From Epiperipatus broadwayi (taxonomy: Eukaryota > Animalia > Onychophora), in assembly GCA_028023455.1 (NCBI GenBank), contig JAQFVV010000009.1, positions 2,914,001 through 2,978,000 of the forward strand: a DNA stretch of 64,000 bases. The letters are read 5' to 3'. Positions within the stretch are counted from its first letter, which is position 1; every line of letters begins with the position of its first letter. Positions 11,122 to 25,222 of the stretch are shown one piece after another. The translations under genes and the position numbers were made by a program. Below the pieces are notes generated by a model. That model worked only from the letters and a program-made list of their open reading frames with translations. It searched no databases and was not told the DNA's origin.

Positions 11122-12838
11122 TATCCTATCATGCACCAACATTTGTGTCAAATCTTGCTTTTGTAATTCAAACTAAATTATAGAAAAATGTTTTACTAAT
11201 GTATTACAAACTGAAAAATGATTTATAGTTAAATTTATTATTTTAAACAATTTTTCATATAAATAATGTTTGAATTTCTTTTTATTACAAATTTACCAGT
11301 GCCTCCTTATCTAATTGGCTATATTATTTTTCAGGATTGGGCAGGTTCTGGAGGCAAATATTATTGGCTTTTCACTTCTGTATGACAGAATTTGATATTG
11401 TAATGCAGTAATAGCTCATTTAAACTAAGCAGTTTCATATTGTACCGTTTATATACATATGGTACAAATATATTGGCATTTGGGTAAAAGCTAAAGGAAA
11501 AAGTAAAGTTAGCGATCTTATTAAAAAGACACAATTACATTTTTTTTTAGTTTGTATAATTTTTTTTTTAAAACATACAATGAAAGTTACATTTTCCTTT
11601 CATATTTTTTTTTATCTAATTAAAAATAAAGGTAAAAATTGGAAAAAAACAAAAGTCACACAAATTACTAATCCAGATAAGCTAAAAGAAGAATCTTTTT
11701 AGTTAATTAAAGATGGCAGAAAGACTTTATGAAGAGGAGAACTTAGTAACTGAAAAATACAAAAGAATGCACAAGATTATCAATGTGTATTTTTAACAAA
11801 AGCAAAAAGTATGTGCAGAAGTCTGAAAACTGCACCTCGAGTATAAAAAGGGGAGACCAGTTTATCAGCATCTTGTCTGTTTTTTCTTTTGGTTGGTCCT
11901 GGGTAACAATTACATCCAGGACCACTCTACGCTGAAGTAATTCTGCATGTTGGAGTGGATCAAGGCTTTTGCTGACATTGTTCCTGAAGTTGTTCACCAG
12001 AAAAGCTTTCGTGACTAGCCGTTAGGACAAACCAAGATCAACTTATAACCAATGGCCACGAGCTCCTACCACAGAAAAAACCATGCATGGTAACCCATAA
12101 CCTACATAAACTTACCGGTAAGTTAAAATTCTTCATACCCTGATTGTGACTTAGTTTGCAAACAATTCTTTATATAAGCTTATAATATAATCCTGATATA
12201 GACTTAATTTTCATATTAAAGAGACTCATTTTAAATGAACTTTATAGAAAAAATTTCTAAGTGAATATTGTTTAGTGGTTTTAATTATTTTATCTAATTA
12301 GTTGATTTAATATCTGGATTAACGTGTGTACTCTCCAATTTTATTTAATTATTTATCTTACAAATATTTTTAATTTGTTAGAATAAAATATTTTGCTTTC
12401 ATCAATTTTATCATTATACATTATTAATGTTTATTATTAAATTTAGTAGAGTTAGTTTATTAGAACAAATAATTTACTTTTGCCAATGCTTAGCAATTAA
12501 GTCCCGGGTAAATAATTTTATAAATTACACTAAGTTACGGGAAACCAAAATTCCAATCGTTTACTTTATTTTCTGTTAAGTTACGATGTGTTTGACGCAG
12601 AATCAGTGAGTCTAATGACTCTGGCACCCTCATTTATAAATTAAAAGCTGATTCAATTGGCAATCGTAATCATAATTTTTAAGTAGAGTTGATCAGGAAA
12701 TGTAGTTATGTTTTTAGAAATAAGAGTGAAACATTCTTCTTTTTCATAACTTGGTCAACTCACGCAGTTTATTGCATACAGAGACCTAATCAGATGGATA
12801 AAAACGTTACAATATTTAACTTTTTTTCTCATGTCAAA

Positions 12839-12910
12839 TGTGTTGACTGGGAAGTGAACCCGGGCTAACTGCTTGGAAGGCAACTATGCTAACTACTAGG
12901 CCATCAACGC
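12839..12910 (-). pseudogene. tRNA-Gly(TCC)-derived pseudogene or SINE head
   Basis: GCGTTGATGGCCTAGTAGTTAGCATAGTTGCCTTCCAAGCAGTTAGCCCGGGTTCACTTCCCAGTCAACACA closely follows eukaryotic tRNA-Gly-TCC but has an acceptor-stem mismatch and a broken T-loop (TTCAC). Confidence 0.75.
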
Positions 12911-15740
12911 TTGACAGGTTCATATTTAACTTGCTATTGACCTTCACTGCTATTTTTGATTTTTATATAATAAGTCACAAAACTTATTACTGTATGGATT
13001 GTTCCCTATAGAAAATGTTCAAAAACAATCAATTCCAGGAAATTCATTCAACTAAATTTACTGATATTGAAATGATTTTGGCTTCTCTAACCTTTTCTGA
13101 TTATTTTTTCCTTCTTTTTAAGGATTGTGCCCTCTGAGAATTAATTTTTCAGATACTTCGTATTTATGATCATTTGAGATGGACTCCAAATGCATTTAAT
13201 CTTTTGTATGCTTTTCATAATGTATTATTTTAATTGAAGATCCAATATATTGAAATATACTGTCTGCTCCCCATAAGTGGTAGTCTACATTTGCCTGACA
13301 TTTATTGGATGCCACTAATAAAAAAAAAAAAAGGCAGGTTGAATTTGAATCCAATGTGAGTAGTTCCCTTTCATATTAGTCATTGGATAACATCTTTTTT
13401 CATGTTTTTATTTACAATAACATATAAACGAATATTTTGTTTTTGTTATTTAAAAAAATATAATTTTTTGTGCAAATAACACTTCTGAGTTCACATAAAA
13501 TTTGAGCTTGCATCATTCCTGCTTTATTTTAGCTAGTGGTATCAAAATAATACCTTTAAATAAAGTTGGGAGGCTGGCATGTATTTTTTCTTTGATTAAA
13601 CTTAAAACAATACCTAACGATTTAAACTTTCACAAGCCTAATATGTTGGTTGTTTTTCTCTTGATTATATAATAAGTTAATATTATGCATCTAATATTTT
13701 ATATAGCTGGTATTTTCACTAACTTACAGATTTCAGTTGCAATTATGATTCTATCTTTCACCCTCTGTAGAGCTTTTCTAATTCTAGAGTAATTTTATTT
13801 CTTTCCACTAAAGTAATCTATTATTTTCTTGGCATGAGTGAAAGTCCAGATCCACTTACCACCTCCATCATAATCACTTATATTTTAATATTTTATTTAT
13901 CTGAGCATTTTTTGATTTCTTTATGTATATGCCATTTGTAACTTTTTTTTTTAGAGTAGACACGATTTTCCATTTATAAATTTTAAAATATGCTCCAACT
14001 ATATCACTCTCTGGTTTCCAGATTGCACATTTTTTAAAATCATCTGAAAATTTCCTATGTATCTTATTTACTTGCCTAAACAAAAACACATTATGTTGAT
14101 AATTTTCTTTTTGACTATGAAAAAAACTTCCCTTTTTGGATGGGAACCTCTGTAAGTAGTAAAAATCTTTCAGAATGATAGTTTATTGATATTGTATGAC
14201 TTGTTTTTTCCAAACTTTCTTGAAAATTTTTAATCTATTTCATGTCAGGCCTTTCACTGTTACATCCTGATAACTGCAGTAAACTCAGCTATAATTTTGA
14301 AAGTGCTGATCATTGTATATATCCATCAAAAATTGTTCAGGCAATGCTTTCTCAAAGAATTCACCATAGACATCGTTAGGTAGTTCATAAAATGCTGGAT
14401 CATATGGAACAATTTTCTTCTTGATCTTATACCACAATTGAGAATCATGATGTAATCAAGGTTTGAAATAGTCCCCTAATTTTTTTTAATCATTTCATAT
14501 AAAAATTATTTTGAAAGTTTGAGTTTAGCTATTTTTAGTTCCAGCAGTATTTTGATTGACCATAAGAAAAATATATTCCTGAATAAAGGAATTCACTGAG
14601 GGTGCTAATATCAAATTCTGATCTACTCAGCTACCACATTAATATCATTTTACTACAATAATGAATTAATCCTAAATATTAGTTTTTAGTACTGGTATAT
14701 ATTCTAACCTTCCTAATAAATTATCTTGGCTAACATAGCCATCGATAGTCTGTCATTTCTATACATTAATATTTCTAACCATCTAATATTAGTCAACTAG
14801 TAATTAATCTTGATGTAGTTTGAGCTAATTTCATCAATCGCCTCTATAATTAGGCGTCTCATTTTCTAACCTAATAAAGTATATTCTCGGTGATCTGCAC
14901 GCTCACCAATGTGCATACTCAGACTAGCTCAGTGGTTGGTTAGTTGTAAGAAGAGTCAGCTGCAGAGATATGCAGTTAAGACAAAGAAAGAAATTAAAAT
15001 CATAAAACAAATTATCATTAGTAAAATAAATATCTTGGGAAGATAGAGGAAAAAAAACCTCATCATTCCCTAATTAAAAATTTAGAATAAAATAACATCC
15101 TCTCTTTATCACAAACACATTCTCTGAGTTATAAGAATTTGCACTTTTAAACAATGATGATAACTTCTCATGTTCTTGTTAATGTTTCTAAAAAAACATC
15201 CAATATGTAAATCATTTGCCAATATGATCTGAAAATAGTTTACTTATAGCACAATTGTAAGTTAAACTCTTTTAAGCCACACCACAATTGTAATATCAAC
15301 AATAATTGATCACTTCTTAATTAAAAAAAATAATTATAATGACAATAATAATACAATTTTGAGTAATACAGCCCTTTTATCCAGAATCTAAGCAAGAATA
15401 ATAAAAAGACAAGAGTGCTTTTTGTGTTCTTCCATCATCCATGACAATGCAATAAATTAACTAAGGCAATAAATTAACTAAGACTCATTACTTCGACAAT
15501 TTAACTAAAATGTGAATGAAATAATGTGCAGTTAGAGTTAATGACTTGGGAATAAATTCATTTTTACACTTACATAATGTTTAGTCTGAAGTTTGCAATT
15601 CCATAAATAATTCTCATTAAAATGAAATGAAGTGAAATATTCCGATCTACAGTAAATTTGTGTATCTGGTATATTAAGCTTTTGAGAGTTTGAAAGGATT
15701 TTGGACTCAAGAAAATGTTTTGCAAATATCGTGCAAACAC

Positions 15741-17812
15741 ACTATTATTTTAATATTTTTTCTGCAAAATGTACATTTTTTAAAGTAGCGTCTCAACAAA
15801 TATCAATGTTTTCCTAGTTAATTCATCATTCGGAAAAAAATAGAGGAACTAGATAGAACTTTCTTATTCTAATTCAAGAGTCGGATAAGTCAAAATAATT
15901 TAACAATTTAAATTTTAAAAAAGAAAATATTATGATTTTTGTTTAAAAGAAACTAAAAAGAAAAGAAATCAGAACAGTGATTTAATTTAATGTTTATATA
16001 GCCAAAATTACAAACAGTAAAGAGCTTTATTTTATGTATAAATATATTTTATTAAATGCAAACCGCATATATATTTATATAAAGCTATATATATAATTAA
16101 AATATGAGATACATTGGCTAGAAGGCTTAATTGTCATTGGGGTGAAGCATTTTCTTTATCCACTGGCAATATGAGTATTAATATTTAACTGTCTACAATT
16201 TAAATGCCCGAGAAGTTGCATCTACACAAAATGAAAATCTACATGAGGAGTAACACAAAACTACCTACTGCCAACTTAAATAAATTCAGTATGTGTTATA
16301 TAAAATTAGTCAGGAGTTCTTCAACATGTCTAATAAAAAATGCATAAACCATAAGAACTTTGTGTAAAGAGGACTCTAAAAAATAATTATGCTTTAACAT
16401 ATCGATTCATAAAAGATTGTAAAATTATATTTTATTTTCTGTTGTATAAATCTATTTTTATTTATTATCTCATCTTATATTTGGAAAGTGCTATTTCTAA
16501 TTCTACCAGGAACAGTCCAATATATGGAAATATCAAGAGAGTATGGGAGGGGGAAGGTTGAAAAGTATTTTTTTAAATAAAATCTAGGTGATTTATTTTC
16601 TACCAAGAGATTTAGTTATCAGCTTTGCACATAAAATTAAGTGCTTCACTAGAATACTTAACGGTAAGAGTTTTTTTTAAAAGCCACTGAAATAAACTAT
16701 GCTACAACATGACATGACTTTATTATATATGTTTACTAATTGTATTCTTAAGATAAAATGAGTAAATGATTAACACTTCTAAAATAGTATTATTTATCAT
16801 TTTCTATCATATTCTGCGTTGTTTTATTATTATATTTTTCCACACTAGATATTGCATACTATATCTGAGGTTGAATTTAAATTTTCATTGAGTTAGCAAT
16901 GTCATTTTTAATTAATAATTTTTTTTTATTATCTTGGATATATAGATGTCTATATTATGCGAGTCTATCATGGGAAGTAAGGGCGATTAGCTTTAAATTA
17001 TTTAAGTAAAGAAATGATAAATACTCATCATAGACATAAAAAGTGTAAGTATGCAGAGAGATATCCAGGTAATTTATGGGCATTTGTAAATATTTTTCTT
17101 TATTGAAATTTTTCTTTTCTACATTGATTGAGAATTTATTTTATGTTTAAATATATATTTTTTTGTAAATAAATATTATGAAGTTTTATTAATTAACAAG
17201 ATCTCTGTAGTTTTGTTGATCCAGCATTTACATTCCATCTTACAGCCAATATTTTACACATCCACATTATTGTTTAACAAGCATGTGAAAGAACATTAAA
17301 TAAAGGTTATTTCTTTCTAATAGATAGGATGTATTATTTTAGTTGTTGATTAACAGTTTGCATAGATACATACCTGTTAAGAGAGTCGAATGCAAATTCT
17401 TCCTGAGTTCGAATATGTGAGGCAACGTTTTTGGAAAAGAGTGGTGAGATGTTAGATGAACTGATTTAAATTACATGTGGCTTTAATGGATAATGCTTAG
17501 GCTAGTCTATGGAAGATGTCTGTAATCATGAATCAGATACTTCATCGTGTTATCTCTAACATCCTACATGAAGACAGACTCTAGTCTGACAGTAGTTAGA
17601 TGCAAGCTTGCTCTTTCTCCTATGTACGTGGATGGTCTGGACTGTTGCATTTGGCACTATCTGCTTTAGGATATGGCAGATAGGTATACTAGCACTTTTA
17701 GATTGGATGTAAATTAATTATATGTTGTCGACGAACCAGCTGATTGATGATCTGTGTGTCCAAGTGTATTTGCGGACTGGCACATCCGGGTATATCTGAC
17801 CATACCATTACA
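15741..17812 (+). repeat. Gypsy 5' LTR (5'-truncated)
   Basis: Homologous to 24777-28382; ends ...TTACA directly before the PBS; the first ~575 bp of the 3' LTR have no match here. Confidence 0.85.
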
Positions 17813-17814
17813 TC

Positions 17815-17830
17815 TGGTGCCCAAAATGTG
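17815..17830 (+). promoter_or_regulatory. Primer-binding site, tRNA-Lys type
   Basis: TGGTGCCCAAAATGTG starts 2 nt after the LTR-terminal CA and resembles TGGCGCCCAACGTG, the complement of the tRNA-Lys(CUU) 3' end. Confidence 0.7.
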
Positions 17831-18285
17831 TTAGGCATGGGGGTATTATAGTTGCAAGGGAGGTTTACCCATTTTTTTTGTTGAATAATTTTAACCTTGC
17901 CACTTGTATAACAAGTTCAATTAATACTAAACCACTATTGTATATATGCCTACAACAAATAAATAGTATATCTAAATAGTAAACACCTAAAATTAAAAAA
18001 AAAAAATGCATATAAAGAATGAATGCGGGATCAATAAACAGAGACTTGTAAAACAATTAAATCAAGAGTAAATTGGCACTAAAGTAAAGTCAGGCAATGT
18101 AAAAACTAATCTAAATGTAGACAGTCAAAATCAAATAAAAATTTCATATAGAAGTTAAAGTTACATATGGTATAGTTGGGGAAAATGTAAAACCCTCAAA
18201 CAATTAACTATTATAATATTTTTTTATAAGTAAAAGTTGTTTAAGATAATTAATGCTATTAAGAAATAGAAAAAAATTATTGAGT

Positions 18286-20450
18286 ATGGAGACAAGTTTG
18301 CCAAGGAGAAGTGATATTGAAGTAGAGAAGAGTGAAGTTAGTGACGTTGTGATAGGTGAAGATGAGATTAGCCATGAGGGAGGGTCTTTCTAGTCAAACA
18401 TCTGGGGGGTCTCTAACTGAAGGTGACCATTTCCCACGAATATGTCAAGATGATGAAATGACCGTTGAAACACAAGAAACTCAGGTTAAAGAAATAATTC
18501 AATCATGAAGTGAAATGGTCCAAGCAATGGAAAATACCATCACAATGGCACAATTGGCTCAGATGATCCAAAGTATGATGAATATGGAGAGCAATTGAAG
18601 TCTGAAATGAGTAATATGAAGCTTGATATAAAGGGTATGAATGAAAGTGTGAACCAATTGAAGGCTAATATGGTTACTAAAGATGTAGAAAAATTAAAAG
18701 CTAATATAGATAGCATAGAAGTTAGGATGGGAGATATGGCAACCAAGACATATTGCTAATATGGAATTAAAGATGGACATAGGGATGAAGAAAATTGTGA
18801 ATGTTATGCAGACAGTCATAAGTGAAGAAATTAAAGATGTACAACAAAATTATCACAAGAAATGAAATAATTGTATAAGTCTGACAAATGTTCAGAAGAG
18901 TAATGTTGAACTAAAACAAGAAATGGGGGTAATGAAGAAAGAAGTGGAGGAGAAAGATACGCAATGTAGGCAACATTTGGAAGAAATTTAAACATTGTGT
19001 CACCAGTCAATTAACTTAAATACCAAGAGGTGTGTCAAAGTCATGAGTCCTTCAAAAAAGATATCCGTGAGAGTCAAAGGAAGCACGTAGATGAAATGCA
19101 TGAAGAAATGAAGGCTACCCATGAAATTTTAGCCCAGTTCACCACCAAGCAAAACAGAAATGTAAGCATGTCATAAAATTATAGAAACACATGGTGAAAC
19201 TATAGAGACGTATAAGAAATCTGCAGAAACTTTAAGTTGTGACCTAAACATTTAGATGAGGCCCTTAGCCGAAAACTGGAGGGAATTGAATTACGAGTGT
19301 CACAAAATACTCAGATGATAAGGATGCAAAAGTATAAGGTAGAACTGAGGACACAGGACAGATGAGGTGGAAGGGATGAAGCAGAGGTTCACTGGGAGAT
19401 TTCTAACAGGGATCTCATTTTGACACTTGAACCATGTTTGGAGCTTACTGCGCCATGCCAAATGACACAAGGGATAGATAGAAGATAATCTTTTTTCACA
19501 GTGCCTATGGTGAGACTAACCCAAACATATGTAACTTGGATGTGCAACAGTTAACACCTCATGTGAAGCCTGCTGAACCAAATAAATCACACAGCCACTT
19601 GATGCAGGTTAGTGTGATTAATCAGTTTGTGAAACTTAAATTTTCAAGGGATTGTTCACTGAAGCCCCCATAGAACACTTGAAGAGCTGAAAATTGTACT
19701 TAGTTAATCTGAATCTGACAGAAGGGGAGAAAATCATCATTGCATGTTGTCATCTACAAGGAGATGCCCTAATGTGGTGGGAATCCTTGTTCCAAACCCC
19801 ATCTACCTTTGATGAATACCAAGCCTTTATAGTGAAAAGCTTTTGGAACAGGGATAAACAAGAAGCATTACTAGATCAGCTGTTCCAGGAAAAGTATAAA
19901 CAGACACCAGGGGAACAACAAAATTCTTCCGATGTCAAGTATCTAAACTACGGACCTAAACACATACCATTTGACTGAGGGTAAGATCATCCAAATCATT
20001 AGGAGGAATTTACCCTTAAAGATAGAACAGTCCCTTCTTTGCATGAATGCCAAAAGCATCGAGCAGATAGGTGAACTGTTAAATAATATTGATGTAAATA
20101 ACAGTGGCATACCTAACCAGGTTCCTGAAAAGAGAAAGGAGGACCCTACTATAAATGTTATGTATTGTAAAAGGAGGAAAAATAATAAACCCAACCGCTG
20201 GAAGGGTAAATCAACACAACAAATTCCCTCACACCCTCAATTACTTAACCAGAATCAGACAAGGAATGATAAGAGCTAAAATAAACCCTATTGACCTTCC
20301 AGAGAAATATAATAAATCGGGGTGTAGTAACTCACTCAAAATTTCAAAAGAAACAAAACTAAAGGGAGACTTGAGGTTATGTTCCTCACCTCAAGAAACT
20401 GGAAAAAACACTGGGGAACACAAGGCTAACAAAGGATTGGGAAATCACTA
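18286..20450 (+). pseudogene. Gypsy gag remnant (coiled-coil plus capsid-like)
   Basis: Fragmented reading frames including ...GDALMWWESLF... Position between the PBS and protease; boundaries approximate. Confidence 0.6.
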
Positions 20451-23400
20451 ATTTAATGTGTTTGTGGAAGATAGAACACCCAATAATGCGGTGCAATGCT
20501 GCCCCATGATAGAGATGCTGTTTGATGATTTACTCTGGTAGCCAGATCTCTAGTGTCGGATGCATTTTATAACAAAGCTCTGATCAATAATCCCAACATC
20601 AAGATCCTGCCACTGAAGTCTCTTCAAGTTACCATGACTAATAATAGAAAGCCAAACTGATGCAGAAACAAATCTGAGTCCAAATCAAAATCAGCGAAAC
20701 AACACTCATGTTTTCCTTATCCTGAATGGCTTGATACATGAGGTCATTCTAGGAGCATACTTTCTCCAAATGAACCATTGTGTCATTGATTTCTCTGACA
20801 AAGTAGTTAAAGTAAATGATGAGATTTTGGAAATGACATTGTGCCCAAGATATGACCTACCTGAGGTTGATTGTATGATATCTATGATCCCAGATGCATT
20901 GATTGAAAGTAAGATCACAGAGTCCAATTTACTTGAAAGCAATGAGAAAGAAAAATTACAATCTGTTATCATTGAATTTGGCCCTATTTTGTCAGAAGTA
21001 CCAGGGATAATAGAGGTTTCAAGCAGAGAATAAAACTAATTCATGACCAATCCTTTCAATCCAAATCATACCCTATTCCATACCAGTATCATGAAGAGAT
21101 ATCTAGGCAGCTTAATAAAATGCTAGATTGGAGGATTATTTTCAAATGTTCTTCATCGTACTGTAATCCAGTAGTAATGGTGAAGAAGAAAGACAAGTCG
21201 ATGAAATTTTGTTTAGATGCTCATCAACTAAACAAAATTACGATTCCTGACCGGAACATTTCATCACCCAGTTACGGTTCCTGACTGGAACATTCCATCA
21301 CCCAATTACGGTTCCTGACCGGAACATTCCATCACCCATCCATGATTTATTCATAAGGTTTGGAAATAAGAAAGTGTTTTCTACTTTCGATCTAACCTTC
21401 AGTTATTGGCAGATTGAGCTTCATCAAGATAATCGCCAATACACTGCCTTCCAATATGAGGGTTTTACATACCACTTTAATAGGATAGTGTTTGGATTGA
21501 TCAATAGTCATGCTGGTTTAATACAATGCCTGGATAGAACCCTATCACCTGCCTGGATAGAACCCTATCACCTGAGGTCACACAGATCACAATCATTTAT
21601 GTGGATGATGTTATCATTGCATCAGCCACCATTGAAGAACATCTTCAACACCTATATTTGTTTTTCAAAGAATGCTATAACAATCTTAACTTCAAGAAGA
21701 GCATATTAGCATGTAGCAAAGTGGTCTTCCTTGGTCATATCATTGAATGCAATGGGATGAGACGTCTTCCTTGGTCATATCATTGGATGCAATGGGATGA
21801 GACCTCATCCTAACAAGATAAGTGTCATACAAAACTTTCCAAATCCCATAAATCGAAAGCAAATCAGGTCATTTATAGGGCTGTGCAACTTCTATAATTG
21901 TTTCTACCAGAAGTTCTCAGACTGTATGGAACCATTGCTAAAATTAATCCAAAAAGATGGAAATAGACTGAGTAGCAAGAGAAGGCATTTGAAGAGATTA
22001 AAACAGGATTTTTACAGCAAACTGTATTGGCTTTTCCTGATTTTAACAAACCGTTCATTGTTCAAATGGACAGCAGTGGTTTTGGATTGGAGGTAACATT
22101 ATTTTAAATTGGAAGGATAGCCAACCTGGTGTCCTCTATTTTATTAGCTGGCTCTTTAAAGGTCCAGAAATCAATTATATGGTAACAGAGAAGGAGGCAC
22201 TAGCAATAGTGTGGGCCTTCCAGAAGTTTTGACAGTTGCTTTTTGGATCAGAGGTGATAGTGGTCACCGACCATAAGAGCCTTGAATTCCTGAATCACAG
22301 CTATCTGACTAACAGTCACCTAGTCCAATGGAGTTTACTGTTACAGGAATTAAACTACACTGTACAGTACTGTAAAGGATCCGAGAATGTGATAGCAGAT
22401 GTGCTGAGTTGAAACCCATGCAGGTCTGAACAAAATCATTTTACAGTAGACAACACCTACATTACTAACATCAATCTAATGATTGATAACAATGTAGAGG
22501 ACGATTTAGAAGCTTTTCCTGCAATTCAATTCCAAGATTCAAATCTAAAACCAATCATGGAGGCATTGTCTGCATGGGCTGAAAAATCTTACACATTATA
22601 AACTAGAAAGTGAGGTCTTGCTTTATAAACCAGACTTAAACAGTGATGAGTGGCGGGTAGTAATACCTAAGTCACTAATTACCCCACTTATAATGTATGT
22701 TCATTGTTTATATGGTCCCCATAAGATGGAACATACTCTTAAAAACTAGTTTTACAGGCCCACAATGTATAGAGACATTTTGATATCACTCCGAGATTGT
22801 CTAGTGAGCCTATGTACTAAGCCAGGAAATCAAAATTACTCTAATTTAACTAAATCAATAATACCAGAGAGACCTAATGAGATCTTGGCAATAAATTATT
22901 ATGGACCCCTGCCATCATTCAATAAAAAAATCTATTGATAGCCTATGATCTCCAAATACATCACAGCTTACCCAATATCCCAGGAAAACACCGGAAACAC
23001 TATCAAGGTATTAGCCACTCTCCAATTCATTAGGTTAGGGAGGTCAAGATCCATATTAACAGATCATGGTACTCCTTTCCTATCTAAAGAATGGAAAAAT
23101 TGGGTGGGGAGATCACAAATCTAACATGTGCTCACATCCATTAGGAATCCACTCCAACCTTTGTGAACTCATAATGCAGGATTTAGGATGGTTGTTGAGG
23201 ACATACCTAGAGGATAAGCATAAGGGGTGGGTAAAGCAGACAGAGCATGTAAATTTTATCAATGGGAGTGTGAATGAATCAACTGGATTTGCACCCATTG
23301 AATTTCATTTTGGTAAATCCACACCAATTCTATTTGTAAAATATACACCCACAGCACAATACATAAATTCAAATCCAGACGTGGTAAGACAAAAAGCCCA

Positions 23401-23653
23401 CCGACGAATGACTAGCAGAGCAAAGCAAAGAAATATGCATATTTTTAAGGTAGGTGATAAGATATTAATAAAGACCCCTCATGTAAGTAGACCTTGTGAA
23501 AATAAATATCAAAAATTCTACTTACAATATGAAGGACCTTATACTATTGTAAAACAAGCAGGTCCTAATGCTTTTTGGGTAGATATAAAAGGAGAAATGA
23601 GAGGTACATACAATGCAAGAATATTGAAACAATTTGGTCAGTCAATAGATTAA
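20450..23653 (+). pseudogene. Gypsy pol remnant (protease, RT, RNase H, integrase)
   Basis: SGSQIS (protease); NPVVMVKKKDKSMKFCLD, FSTFDLTFSYWQI and MDDVIIAS (RT); TEKEALAIVWAFQKF and VTDHKSL (RNase H); ILTDHGTPF and EGPYTIV (integrase, GPY/F). Many stops and frameshifts. Confidence 0.92.
21238..21338 (+). repeat. 34-bp unit x3 inside the Gypsy RT region
   Basis: TTCCTGAC(C/T)GGAACATT starts at 21244, 21278 and 21312. Confidence 0.9.
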
Positions 23654-24188
23654 TGTGAGATGAGTAATTTCATCACCAACTAATAGCAGTAGAAATGATA
23701 ATGAAGTTAAGAAAAAAGTGAGAGAACATCAAAAAAATATTAAGGTTATAATAATTAAGATATTGTATTTATGAGGGTATGCTTCAGTAGACATACTGGT
23801 ATATCTTAGAACTGACCACAATTTTTTTTTAGTCAATCTGCGCATGGTGATGGATATTCTAGTTCTTGTAGTCCTCAAAATCTAGTAAGTCTCTAAAAAC
23901 AGCAGGATAGAGATACATAGATGGTCAGGTTCATACCATAAAATTGAACAGCAAAATATATCTATTTTTTTTTACTCTAAGGAAATATCTCACTTAGAAT
24001 GATATGTAATTATTGAGAGACGGAATGCCAGGACAGGTGTTTGAAATTGAGAGTTGAAGGAAATGAAAGAAAGTCAGGGTTGTGATTTTTCACAGATAAC
24101 AAGGAAGTTTAATATACCCAAAGTGAACATGCTTTACACTCATTAGAAGATAAAATTTTTATTTATAAGCAAAATTTTGATCTTGTGT

Positions 24189-24200
24189 AGGGGAGGGGAA
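24189..24200 (+). promoter_or_regulatory. Polypurine tract
   Basis: AGGGGAGGGGAA followed by T and then the LTR-initial TG at 24202. Confidence 0.75.
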
Positions 24201-25222
24201 TTGTGAAGATAGCTCCAAAATTGTTGTTTTTTTTGTGAAGATAGCTCCAAAATTGTTGTTTTTTTTAATTAGCATGTAGAAAGATCAATAAAAAGGTTTT
24301 TCTAAAACACTTGGAAAAAAATTAATGTTTTTATATTTTTATCAGTGTAATAACTATATATTAAGTATTGGGAATGATGGGTAATTTACTGGGAAAAACA
24401 TATATATATATATTAGTAATAAAATTTTATTACTAAGAAAATATCAATCATGATAAAAAAAATTGTACATAGTTATATATATATGTTGATCATTGTATTG
24501 TGTTAATTAAACTGACAATGCCTTAAATAAAATCTAATTATAACAATAGAAAATAAATCAATATTTAAATATAAGAGATAATATAATATTGCAAATTTAT
24601 GTTATAATTTTTTTTTTTTTTTTTAAATGAATCGATATAAAAATATTTTAAAAGATGCAGCACTGGAATGCTGGTTTTTAAACAATAGGAATAGCATAGA
24701 TTTCAAAAGGAAACAATTAAAAATCTATTGATTATTCTTGCTCTGCATTTGATCTGACAAGTTAAGTTTTATTAGAACTATTATTATAATATTTTTTCTC
24801 CAAAATGGACATTTTTTAAAGTAGCATCTCAACAAATATCAATGTTTTCCTAGTTAATTCATCATTTGGAAAAAAATAGAGGAACTGGATAGAACTTTCT
24901 TATTCTAATTCAAGAGTCAGATAAGTGAAAATAATTTATCAATTTAAATTTTAAAAAAGAAAGTATTATGATTTTTGTTTAAAAGAAATTAAAAAAAAAA
25001 AAGAAATCAGAACAGTTGATTTAATTTAATTATTATATAGCCAAAATTACAAATAGTAAAGAGCTTTATTCTATCTATAAATATATTTTATTAAATGCAA
25101 ACCGCATATATATTTATATAAAGCTATATATATAATTAAAATATGAGATACATTGGTTAGAAGGCTTAATTGTCATTGGGGTGAAGCATTTTCTTTATCC
25201 ACTATGGCCATACGAGTATTAA

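Noticed and set aside
11743-12060. GC-richer ORF and a CGAAAGC motif as a gene or ribozyme
   Set aside because: No CUGANGA core or stems; the peptide is unrecognised.
12109-12124. Perfect 16-bp palindrome AACTTACCGGTAAGTT presenting a splice donor on both strands
   Set aside because: Short, with no flanking exon evidence; plausibly chance.
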